From NCBI RefSeq assembly GCF_044704955.1, contig NC_091997.1:85684001-85748000 (forward strand): a DNA stretch of 64,000 nucleotides. Reading direction: 5' to 3'. Below the pieces are notes generated by a model. The model was not told the origin of the DNA. It searched no databases and saw only the letters and a list, made by a program, of their open reading frames with translations. Source of the DNA: Pristiophorus japonicus (taxonomy: Eukaryota). This document shows positions 12,472 to 24,007 of the stretch, one piece after another (the stretch's first letter is position 1; each line of letters starts with the position of its first letter). Position numbers and translations under genes: made by a program.

Positions 12472-13264
12472 TTAAAAAAAGGGAATAAAATATGAGCAGA
12501 GTTTGAGTCCAGAAGGCTGTAAAGTGCCAAAACGAAAGATGAGGTGCTGTTCCTCGAGCTTGCGTTGAGCTTCATTGGAACAGTGTAGGAGGCCGAGGGC
12601 GGAGAGGTCAGAGTGGGAGTGGAGAGAAGAATTAAAGTGACAGGTGACTGGAAGCTCAGAGTCACACTTACGGACTGAACGGAGATGTTCTGCAAAGCGG
12701 TCACCCAATCTACGCTTGGTCTCTCCAATGTAGAGGAGACCACATCATGAGTAGCGAACACAGTATACTAAATTGCAAGCAGTACAGGTAAATCGCTGTT
12801 TCACCTGGAAGGAGTATTTAGGGCCCTGGACTGTGGGAAGGGAGGAGGTAAAAGGGCAGGTGTTGCATCTCCTGCGCTTGTAGGGGAAGATGTTGTGGGA
12901 ATGGGCAGCGTGCTGGGGGTGATTGAGGAGTGGACCAGTATGTCCCGGAGGGAGCAGTCCCTTCGGAATGCTGAGAGGGGAGGGGAGGGGAAGATGTGAT
13001 TGGTGGTGGGATCACGCTGGAGGTGGTCGAGGATGATCCATTAAACATGGAGGCTCGTGGGGTGAAAGGTGAGGACAAGGGGAACCCTGTCATGGTTCTG
13101 AGAGGGAGGGGAAGGGGTGAGGGCAGAAGAGCGAGAAATAGAACGGACACGGTTGAGAGCCATGGTAACCACAGTGGAGGGGAATCTTCTGTTGAGGAAA
13201 AAGGAAGACATGTCAGAGGCACTAGTGTCAAAGGTGACGTCTTCAGAACAGATGTGACGGAAAG

Positions 13265-16200
13265 TAATACGTCCTTACTATACAGTATAAATGCACACAT
13301 AGAAATAGAAACATAGAAAATAGGTGCAGGAGTAGGCCATTCGGCTCTTCTAGCCTGCACCGCCATTCAATGAGTTCATGGCTGAACATGCAACTTCAGT
13401 ACCCCATTCCTGCTTTCTCACCATACCCCTTGATCCCCCTAGTAGTAAGGACTTCATCTAACTCCTTTTTGAATATATTTAGTGAATTGGCCTCAACAAC
13501 CTTCTGTGGTAGAGAATTCCACAGGTTCACCACTCTCTGGGTGAAGAAGTTTCTCCTCATTTCGGTCCTAAATGGCTTACCCCTTATCCTCAGACTGTGA
13601 CCCCTGTTCTGGACTTCCCCAACATTGGGAACATTCTTCCTGCATCGAACCTGTCTAAACCCATCAGAATTTTAAACGTTTCTATGAGGTCCCCTCTCAT
13701 TCTTCTGAACTCCAGTGAATACAAGCCCAGTTGATCCAGTCTTTCTTGATAGGTCAGTCCCGCCATCCCGGGAATCAGTCTGGTGAACCTTCGCTGCATT
13801 CCCTCAAAAGCAAGAATGTCCTTCCTCAAGTTAGGAGACCAAAACTGTACACAATACTCCAGGTGTGGCCTCACCAAGGCCCTGTACAACTGTAGCAACA
13901 CCTCCCTGCCCCTGTACTCAAGTCCCCTCGCTATGAAGGCCAACATGCCATTTGCTTTCTTAACCGCCTGCTGTACCTGCATGCCAACCTTCAATGACTG
14001 ATGTATCATGACACCCAGGTCTCATTGCACCTCCCCTTTTCCTAATCTGTCACCATTCAGATAATAGTCTGTCTCTCTGTTTTTACCACCAAAGTGAATA
14101 ACCTCACATTTATCCACATTATACTTCATCTGCCATGCATTTGCCCACTCACCTAACCTATCCAAGTCGCTCTGCAGCCTCATAGCATCCTCTTCACAGC
14201 TCACATTGCCACCCAACTTAGTGTCATCAGCAAATTTGGAGATACTACATTTAATCCCCTCGTCCAAATCATTAATGTACAATGTAAACAGCTGGGGCCC
14301 CAGCACAGAACCTTGCGGTACCCCACTAGTCACCGCCTGCCATTCTGAAAAGTACCCATTTACTCCTACTCTTTGCTTCCTGTCTGACAACCAGTTCTCA
14401 ATCCATGTCAGCACACTACCCCCAATCCCATGTGCTTTAACTTTGCACATTAATCTCTTGTGTGGGACCTTGTCGAAAGCCTTCTGAAAGTCCAAATATA
14501 CCACATCAACTGGTTCTCCCTTGTCCACTCTACTGGAAACATCCTCAAAAAATTCCAGAAGATTTGTCAAGCATGATTTCCCTTTCACAAATCCATGCTG
14601 ACTTGGACCTATCATGTCACCTCTTTCCAAATGCGCTGCTATGACATCCTTAATAATTGATTCCATCATTTTACCCACTACCGATGTCAGGCTGACCGGT
14701 CTATAATTCCCTGTTTTCTCTCTCCCTCCTTTTTTAAAAAGTGGGGTTACATTGGCTACCCTCCACTCGATAGGAACTGATCCAGAGTCAATGAAATGTT
14801 GGAAAATGATTGTCAATGCATCCGCTATTTCCAAGGCCACCTCCTTAAATACTCCTGGGGATTTATCGGCCTTCAATCCCATCAATTTCCCCAACACAAT
14901 TTCCCGACTAATAAGGATTTCCCTCAGTTCCTCCCCCTTACGAGACCTTCTGACCCGTTTTATATCCGGAAGGTTGTTAGTGTCCTCCTCAGTGAATACT
15001 GAACCAAAGTACTTGTTCAATTGGTCCGCCATTTCTTTGTTCCCCGTTATGACTTCCCCTGATTCTGACTGCAGGGGACCTACGTTTGTCTTAACTAACC
15101 TTTTTCTCTTTACATATCGACAGAAACTTTTGCAATCCGTCTTAATGTTCCCTACAAGCTTCTTCTCGTACTCAATTTTCCCTGCCCTAATCAAACCCTT
15201 TGTCCTCCTCTGCTGAGTTCTAAATTTCTCCCAGTCTCCGGGTTCGCTGCTATTTCTGGCCAATTTGTATGCCACTTCCTTGGCTTTAATACTATCCCTG
15301 ATTTCCCTTGATAGCCACGGTTGAGCCACCTTCCCTTTTTTATTTTTATGCCAGACAGGGATGTACAATTGTTGTAGTTCATCCATTGGGTCTCTAAATG
15401 TCTGCCATTGCCCATCCACAGTCAACCCCCTAAGTATCATTCGCCAATCTATCCTAGCCAATTCACGCCTCATACCTTCAAAGTTACCCTTCTTTAAGTT
15501 CTGGACCATGGTCTCTGAATTAACTGTTTCATTCTCCATCCTAATGCAGAATTCCACCATATTATGGTCACTCTTCATCAAGGGGCCTCGCACAACAAGA
15601 TTGCTAATTAATCCTCTCTCATTACACAACACCCAGTCTAAGATGGCCTCCCCCCTAGTTGGTTCCTCGACATATTGGTCTAGAAAACCACACGAGGCCC
15701 ATGCTTGAGAGAAAGTCACTCTGTGACCAGTAACCTTTATTCACGAGCACTCAAGTGATGAAGGTGGGTGGAGCTTCCCCTTTTATACCTGAAAGTCCAG
15801 GCTAGGAGTGTCTCTCACAAGTTCACCACCTAGTGGTCATTGTTCTCACAGTGTACAACTAAGGTCAGTTTATACATGGGTTACAATGATGGTTGAATAC
15901 ATAACATCACCTCCCCCCCGAAAGTCTTATTGGGATCACAGGTTGAGTCTCTCTGGTGGTTTACGCTCCCTTGTAGAGTGCCTGAGTTGGGGCTCCGGTT
16001 GTTGGGCGCTGGCCTGAGTGTCTGCTGTTTGCGGTGCCTCAGGCCTGTCCGGACTGCCCACAGTGACTGGGCTCTCCTCCACTTGGTTCCGGTGTTCGGT
16101 CACCTGTAGTGGAGTGAACTCGACATCGTGTTCTTCCTCTGCTACTTCTATGGGGTTGCTGAACCTCCTTTTTGTTTGAGTTGAGGACAAAGACAGGGTC

Positions 16201-19200
16201 ATGGACATCGATATCTAGCGCCCTCGCATTCCTGTCATGGTAGTCACATTGTGACTGACGCCTGCTCTCGACAATTTCTTTCATGGTGGGGTGTATAAGG
16301 GATAACCTGGTTTTGAGCGTCCTTTTCATTAGCAGCTCTGCGGGTGGAACCCCTGTGAGCGAGTGTGGTCGGGGTCTGTAGGCAAACAGGAGGCATGATA
16401 AGCGGCTTTGTAGGGAACTCCCTTGGATTCTGAGCATCCCCTGTTTGATTATCTGCACTGCTCATTACGCCTGCCCATTAGAGGCCGACTTGAACGGTGC
16501 CGTTCTGACATGGTTAATTCCATTGCCTGCCATGAAGTCCTGGAATTCAGTACTTGTGAAGCACGGGCCATTGTCACTGACCAAGACATCTGGTAGACCA
16601 TCGGTAGCGAACATTGCCCATAGACTTTCTACCGTGGCAGAGGATGTGCTTGAATTTAAAATGTCACACTTGATCGATTTGGAGTAGGCGTCTACTACAA
16701 CCAAAAACATTTTTCCCATGAAAAGAAATGCATAGTCCACATGGATGCGTGACCATGGCTTGGCGGGCCAGGACAAGGGGCTAAGGGGGGCTTCCCTGGG
16801 CGCATTGCCCAGCTGGGCACACGTATTGCACCTGCGAACACAAAGTTCCAGGTCTGCATCTATCCCTGGCCACCAAACGTGTGACCTTCATCAATTGCCT
16901 TCATCATGACAATGCCCGGGTGCTCATTGTGGAGTTCTCTGATGAACACATCTCTGCCCATCTGGGGCATGACGACAAGGCTTCCCCATAGTAGGCAATC
17001 GGCCTGAATCGAGAGTTCATCCCTGCGCCTGTGAAATGGTTTAAACTCCTCAGGGCATGCCCCGTACGTGGCTGCCCAGTTCCCATTCAGGACACATTTC
17101 TTGACGAAAGACAGTAGCGGGTCTCTATTTGTCCAGACCTTAATCTGACGGGCTGTCACTGGTGAGCCTTCACTTTCGAAAGCTTCAACAGCCATGATCA
17201 TCTCAGCAGCATGATCGGTAGCCCCCTCAGTAGTGGCTAGTGGGAGCCCGCTGAGTGCATCGGCACAGTTTTCAGTGCCCGTTCTGTGCCGAATTGTATA
17301 GTCATAGGTGGCTAACGTGAGTGCCCACATCTGTATGCGGGCCGATGCGTTTGCATTTATGGCCTTGTTGTCGGCCAAAAGGGACCTTAGGGGTTTGTGA
17401 TCAGTCTCCAGCTCAAATTTCCTGCCAAACAGGTACTGGTGCATTTTCTTTACTGTGTATACACATGCATGTGCCTCCTTTTCTACCATCCCGTAGCCCC
17501 TTTCTGCCTGGGACAGACTCCTGGAGGCATAAGCTACCGGCTGTAACTGACCCTTGGCATTAACATGCTGCAACACACACCCGACCCCGTTGGACGACGC
17601 ATCGCACGTTAAAACAAGTTTCTTACATGAGTCATATAGCGTTAACAGATTGTTGGAGCATAACAAATTGCGTGCTCTATCAAAAGCCCTTTCCTGGCTG
17701 TCCCCCCAGATCCATTCGCGACCTTTGCGTACGAGCACGTGTATTGGCTCTAACAGCGTGCTCAATTTGGGAATAAAGTTACCAAAATAGTTCAGGAGCC
17801 CCAGAAACGAACGCAGCTCCGTCTTGTTACGGGGTCTGGGTGCTCTCTGGATTGCTTCTGTCTTGGACGCAGTAGGTCTGATCCCATCTGCTGCTACTCT
17901 CATCCCCAGGAATTCTACCTCTGGAGCTAGGAAGACGCACTTCGCCTTTTTCAGTCGTAGCCCTACCCGGTCCAGTCAGCGTAGCACCTCCTCCAGGTTG
18001 CGGAGGTGTTCTTCAGTATCGCGACCCGTGATGAGGATGTCGTCTTGAAAAACCACGGTCCCTGGAATCGACTTGAGGAGCCTTTCCATATTTCGTTGAT
18101 AGATCGCGGCGGCCAAACAAATCCCGAATGGTCATCTGCTGTACTCAAACAATCCCTTGTGTGTCGTGATGGTGGTCAGCTTCTTCGACTCACTCGCCAG
18201 CTCCTGGGTCATGTAAGCTGAGGTCAGGTCCAATTTTGAAAAAAGTTTGCCACTGGGTAGCGTCGCAAAGAGGTCCTCCGCTCTCGGTAGCGGGTACTGG
18301 TCTTGGAGTGACACCCGATTGATGGTGGCCTTGTAATCACCACATATCCTGATCGACCCATCCGCCTTGAGCACCGGCATAATCGGGCTCGCCCAGTCAC
18401 TGAATTCGACTGGTGAGATGATGCCTTCCCTCAGCAGGCGGTCCAATTCACCTTCTATCTTTTCCCGCATCACGTACAGCACCGCTCTGGCCTTGTGGTG
18501 TACTGGCCTGGCATCCGGGTTTATGTGAATCACTAACTTGATCCCCATGAAAGTGCCAATGCCGGGTTGAAATAATGAGTCAAATTTGTCCAGGACCTGT
18601 GAGAATGATACTCACTCCACAGAAGAAATTGCATTGACATCCCCCATTTCCAGTTAATGACAGCAAGCTAACTCCTCCCCAGTAGTGCGGGACTGTCCCT
18701 CGGGACAATCCAGAATGGCAACCTGTTCTCCGAATCTTTGTGGGTCACAACTACCGTGGCACTGCCTAGCACCGGAATTATCTCCTTTGTGTATGTCTGT
18801 AGCTGTGTGTCAATCGGCGATAATTTTGGCCTCCTAGCCTTGGACGCCCACAACTTTTCGAACTGTTTGATACTCATCAGGGACTGGCTGGCCCCTGTGT
18901 CTAGCTCCATTGATACTGGGATGCCATTGAGGAGCACTTTCATCATTATCGTGGAGTCCTGGTATATGAACTGTATATGTGCGCCACATGAACTCGCTGA
19001 GCTTCAGCTTCCAGCGATTTCCCCCAGTGTTCATTTGGCCTCGTAGGGCTTGCATCGGGCCCGTCCTCCTCGTACATCAATCTGGCTGCAGGCTTCCTGC
19101 ACATACGGGCCAAGTGACCGCTGACGTTGCAATTTCTGGCTGGGTGTGTGCCTCCACACCTCCAACATGAGCCGTTGTTGAAAACAAAAGGTCCATTACC

Positions 19201-20275
19201 AGTCCATCGTCTCTGACTGTGTCTGTAACTGTACTTAAGCACACCATTAACAGGTGTTGATGACCCCATTACTGGCCGCATTGTCCCTTGTGATGGCGTG
19301 AATCGCCGTTCAGCTAGCCATTGTCTCTGATGAATTCCCCCTCTGGGTTCGACTACATGTTGGGGCATGTCCGATTGCCCTTGTCTGCCTGGAGAACTGT
19401 GTGCTGCTTTAACAATGTTGACTCCCTGTCCATTTGCTGCATTTGAGCCCAGATTTTTGTCAAACATCATTCTGGTTTCTTCCTCCCCTGAGATAAAAGT
19501 CTGGGCCATCAAGGCCGCTGTTTCCAGGGTGAGGTCTTTGGTTTCAATCAGTTTCCTGAAAACCCCAGCGTGCCCGATGCACTCAATAAAAAAGTCTCGC
19601 AGCATCTCCGCTCTGCATGTATCAGGGAACTTACATCGGCTCGCCAGTCGCCGGAGATCTGCCACAAAGTCTGGAACGCTTTGCCCTTCTCACCGCCGGT
19701 GCATGTAAAACCGGTGTCTCGCCATGTGCATGCTGCTCGCCAGTTGAAGGTGTTCCCCGATTAACTTACTGAGCTCTTCAAACGTCTTGTCCGCCGGCTT
19801 CTCTGGCGCTAGAAGGTCCTTCATCAGGCAATACGTCCTGGATCCACAAACCGTCAGGAGTTGAGCACTGCGTTTGTCGGCCGATTCCTGTCCCAACCAT
19901 TCCTTAGTGACGAAACTTTGCTGTAGTCTCTCAATAAAATCGTCCCAATCATCCTCAACACAGTACCTCTCGTCTGTGCTGCTAGTGGCCATGCTCACGT
20001 GGTTTAAATCCCAGTTTCCTGTCGCCAATGATACGTCCTTACTATACAGTATAAATGCAGACGAGGCCCATGCTTGAGAGAAGGTCACTCTGTGACCAGT
20101 AACCTTTATTCACTAGCACTCAAGTGATGAAGGTGGGTGGAGCATCCCCTTTTATACCTGAAAGTCCAGGTTAGGAGTGTCTCTCACAAGTTCACCACCT
20201 AGTGGTCATTGTTCTCACAGTGTACAACTTAGGTCAGTTTATACATGGATTACAATGATGGTTGAATATATGACA
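13265..20275 (-). mobile_element. Gypsy LTR retrotransposon 1, unit 1 copy (degenerate gag-PR-RT-RH-IN)
   Basis: 247-bp LTRs (20029-20275; 13265-15906 split by CR1), PBS TGGCGACA, PPT GGGGGGGAGGTGA, TSD GAAAG/GAAAC; motifs CWRCGG, LDTGA, FQDD, LTCDAS, ETDHKPL, SDNG. Confidence 0.95.
13299..15688 (-). mobile_element. 5'-truncated young CR1 inserted in the Gypsy 3' LTR
   Basis: RT ORFs 14022..15719 and 13590..14009; TSD CACAC (13294-13298, 15689-15693); LTR is intact in unit 2 (47766-48012). Confidence 0.96.
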
Positions 20276-20919
20276 GAAACGAAGAAACTGGGAGAATGGA
20301 ATGGAGCCTTTACAGGATGTGGGGTGGGAGGAGGTGTAGTCCAGGTAGCTGTGGGTGTCAGTGGGCTTATTGTGAATGTTTGTCAATAGCCTATCTCCAG
20401 AAATGGAGACAGAGAAGTCAAGGAGGGTAAGGGAAGAGATGGACCATGTGAAGGTGAAGAAAGGGTAAAAATTGGATGCAAAGTAAATGACATTTTCTAG
20501 TTCAGGGAGAGAACAAGAAACAGCACCGGTACAGTCATCAATGTACCGGAAACAATGGTGAGGGAGGGGACCCGAGTACCCACAAAAAGGAGTATTTTGT
20601 TTCCATGGAAACTAGAGTTTCACTTATCTTACAGAACAAATGCTTCATGTATGGTGAGAGGCTGAGTGTAATTTTAGGCTAACTCGCCGGGGGCGGGGGA
20701 GCGGGGCGGGGGGGGTGGGGGGGCTCCTATGGTGTAATGCCATATTTACACCCTGCCCAAGATTACTCTCCACAGATTTCAATGGAGGGTAAAATTGGGT
20801 GAGTTGTAAAACCATTGTAGCGCTCAATCCCATCACTTTCCCGGTGGGTGGGTTAATGGAAAGCCTCCTTCTATGTTTCACTATTTTTCCTGCACTGGGT
20901 GTTGATCTAAGTGGGCAGT

Positions 20920-23380
20920 GGAATATGAAAAGGTTCACTAGGTTGATTCCGGAGATGAGGGGGTTGACTTATGAAGATAGGTTGAGTAGGTTGGGCCAAT
21001 ACTCACTGGAGTTCAGAAGAATGAGAGTTGATCTTACATAGAAACATAGAAAATAGGTGCAGGAGTAAGCCATCCGGCTCTTCTAGCCTGCACCGCCATT
21101 CAATGAGTTCATGGCTGAACATGCAACTTCAGTACCCCCTTCCTGCTTTCTCGCCATACCCCTTGATCCCCCTAGTAGTAAGGATTTCATCTAACTCCCT
21201 TTTGAATATATTTAGTGAATTGGCCTCAACAGCTTTCTGTGGTAGACAATTCCACAGGTTCACCACTCTCTGGGTGAAGAAGTTTCTCCTCATCTCGGTC
21301 CTAAATGGCTTACCCCTTATCCTTAGACTGTGACCCCTGGTTCTGGACTTCCCCAACATTGGGAACATTCTTCCTGCATCTAACTTGTTTAAACCCGTCA
21401 GAATTTTAAACGTTTCTATGAGGTCCCCTCTCATTCTTCTGAACTCCAGTGAATACAAGCCCAGTTGATCCACTCTTTCTTGATAGGTCAGTCCCACCAT
21501 CCCGGGAATCAGTCTGGTGAATCTTTCCTGCACTCCCTCAATAGCAGAATGTCCTTCCTCAAGTTAGGAGACCAAAACTGTACACAATACTCCAGGTGTG
21601 GCCTCACCAAGGTCCTGTACAACTGTAGCAGCACCTCCCTGCCCCTGTACTCAAATTCCCTCACTATGAAGGCCAACATGCCATTTGCTTTCTTAACCGC
21701 CTGCTGTACCTGCATGCCAACCTTCAATGACTTATGTACCATGACACCCAGGTCTCGTTGCACCTCCCCTTTTCCTAATCTGTCACCATTCAGATAATAG
21801 TCTGTCTCTCTGTTTTTACCACCAAAGTGGATAACCTCACGTTTATCCACATTATACTTCATCTGCCATGCATTTGCCCACTCACCTAATCTATCCAAGT
21901 CACTCTGCAGCCTCATAGCATCCTCCTCGCAGCTCACACTGCCACCCAACTTAGTGTCATCAGCAAATTTGGAGATACTACATTTAATCCCCTCGTCTAA
22001 ATCATTAATGTACAATGTAAACAGCTGGGGCCCCAACACAGAACCTTGCGGTACCCCACTAGTCACTGCCTGCCATTCTGAAAAGTACCCATTTACTCCT
22101 ACTCTTTGCTTCCTGTCTGACAACCAGTTCTCAATCCATGTCAGCACACTACCCCTAATCCCATGTGCTTTAACTTTGCACATTAATCTCTTGTGTGGGA
22201 CCTTGTCGAAAGCCTTCTGAAAGTCCAAATATACCACATCAACTGGTTCTCCCTTGTCCACTTTACTGGAAACATCCTCAAAAAATTCAAGAAGATTTGT
22301 CAAGCATGATTTCCCTTTCACAAATCCATGCTGACTTGGACCTATCATGTCACCTCTTTCCAAATGCGCTGCTATGACATCCTTAATAATTGATTCCATC
22401 ATTTTACCCACTACTGAGGTCAGGCTGACCGGTCTATAATTCGCTGTTTTCTCTCTCCCTCCTTTTTTAAAAAGTGGGGTTGCATTGGCTACCCTCCACT
22501 CAATAGGAACTGATCCAGAGTCAATGGAATGTTGGAAAATGATTGTCAATGCATCCGCTATTTCCAAGGCCACCTCATTAAGTACTCTGGGATGCAGTCC
22601 ATCAGGCCCTGGGGATTTATCGGCCTTCAATCCCATCAATTTCCCCAACACAATTTCCCGACTAATAAAGATTTCCCTCAGTTCCTCCTCCTTACCAGAC
22701 CCTCTGACCCCTTTTATATCCGCAAGGTTGTTTGTGTCCTCCTTAGTGAATACCGAACCAAAGTAATTGTTCAATTGGTCTGCCATTTCTTTGTTCCCCG
22801 TTATGACTACCCCTGATTCTGACTGCAGGGGACCTACGTTTGTCTTTACTAACCTTTTTCTCTTTAGATATCTATAGAAACTTTTGCAATCCGCCTTAAT
22901 GTTCCCTGCAAGCTTCTTCTCGTACTCCATTTTCCCTGCCCTAATCAAACCCTTTGTCCTCCTCTGCTGAGTTCTAAATTTCTCCCAGTCCCCAGGTTCG
23001 CTGCTATTTCTTATTGAAACTTATAAGATAATGAGGGGGCTCGACAAGGTGGATGCAGAGAGGATATTTCCACTCATAGGGGAAACTAAAACTAGGGAAC
23101 ATAGTCTTAGAATAAGCGGCCGCCCATTTAAAACTGAGATGAGGGTTGTAAATCTAAGTAACTCTCTGCCCCAGACAGCTGTGGAGGCTAGGTCATTGAA
23201 TATATTTAAGGTGCAGATAGACAGATTTTTGAGCGATAAGGGAGTAAAGGGTTTTGGGGAACGGGCAGGGAAGTGGAGCTGAGTCCATGATCAGATCAGC
23301 CATGATCTTATTAAATGGCGGAGCAGGCTCGAGGGGCCAAATGGCCGACTCCTGCTTCTATTTCTTATGTTCTTATGACA
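20920..23380 (+). mobile_element. Older CR1 3' fragment split by a younger CR1 (intact paralog about 53170-53645)
   Basis: RFTRLIPEMRG...LEFRRMR continues after 23009 as IETYKIMRGLDKVD. Confidence 0.85.
21037..23008 (-). mobile_element. 5'-truncated young CR1
   Basis: RT ORF 21509..22948; TSD TCTTA (21032-21036, 23009-23013); empty site near 53278-53290. Confidence 0.96.
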
Positions 23381-23559
23381 CGACTGCCAAGTGTGTACTC
23401 ACTATCACTGTGCTGCACAGTGGCATGCTCATAGAGTACACATTGTATTTCAGAGCCTCTCACTTCCCCAGTCCCTTCTGTGACTGGAGAGTTGAACGAA
23501 CAGCCCAACCACTGTCCCCAGGCTCATTAATACAACATCAGTGCACACATATCATCTGA

Positions 23560-24002
23560 GTCATCCATAAGTCTACTGCCCATTTCCTAACTTGCACCAT
23601 GTCCCGTTCACCCATCAACCTGACCTACATTGGCTCCCGGTTAAGCAAAGCCTCGATTAAAAAATTCTCATCCTTGTTTTCAAATCCCTCAATGGCCTCG
23701 CCCCCTCCCTATCTCTGTAATCTCCTCCAGCCCCACAACCCCCAAAATATCTGCGGTCCTCTAATTCTAGCCTCTTGAGCATTCCCGACTTCAATCGCTC
23801 AGCTGCCAAGACCCAAAACTCTGGAATTCTCTCCATCAACCTCTCCGCCTCTCTAGCTCTCTTTCCTGCTTCAAGATGCTCCTCAAAACCTATCTCTTTC
23901 ACCAAGCTTTTGGTCATCTGCCCTAATTTCTCCTTATGTGGCCTGGTGTCAAATGTTGTTTGTAACACTCCTGTGAAGCGCCTTCTGACGTTTTTCTACA
24001 TG
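23560..24002 (+). mobile_element. Degraded L2/CR1-group LINE 3' end, host of Gypsy 2 (paralog about 53830-54270)
   Basis: LHWLPV-type remnant (ctacattggctcccggttaag...attctcatccttgttttcaaatccct); the tail continues after 28240. Confidence 0.55.
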
Positions 24003-24007
24003 AAAGG

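Larger units (their letters stand above)
9486..20580 (-). mobile_element. Degraded Penelope-like element in three pieces (about 9486-9800, 12483-13264, 20276-20580) split by nested insertions
   Basis: 12472..12708 encodes GDRFAEHLRSV...CHFNS...RKLEEQHLIFRFGTLQPSGL, typical of the C-terminal part of the PLE GIY-YIG domain; hammerhead motif in the terminal piece; host sequence rejoins across the Gypsy TSD. Confidence 0.75.

Noticed and set aside
14022-15719. 565-aa ORF as an LTR-CR1 fusion protein
   Set aside because: Only about ten codons come from the LTR by chance, the start is not ATG, and the CR1 part has an internal deletion and a premature stop.
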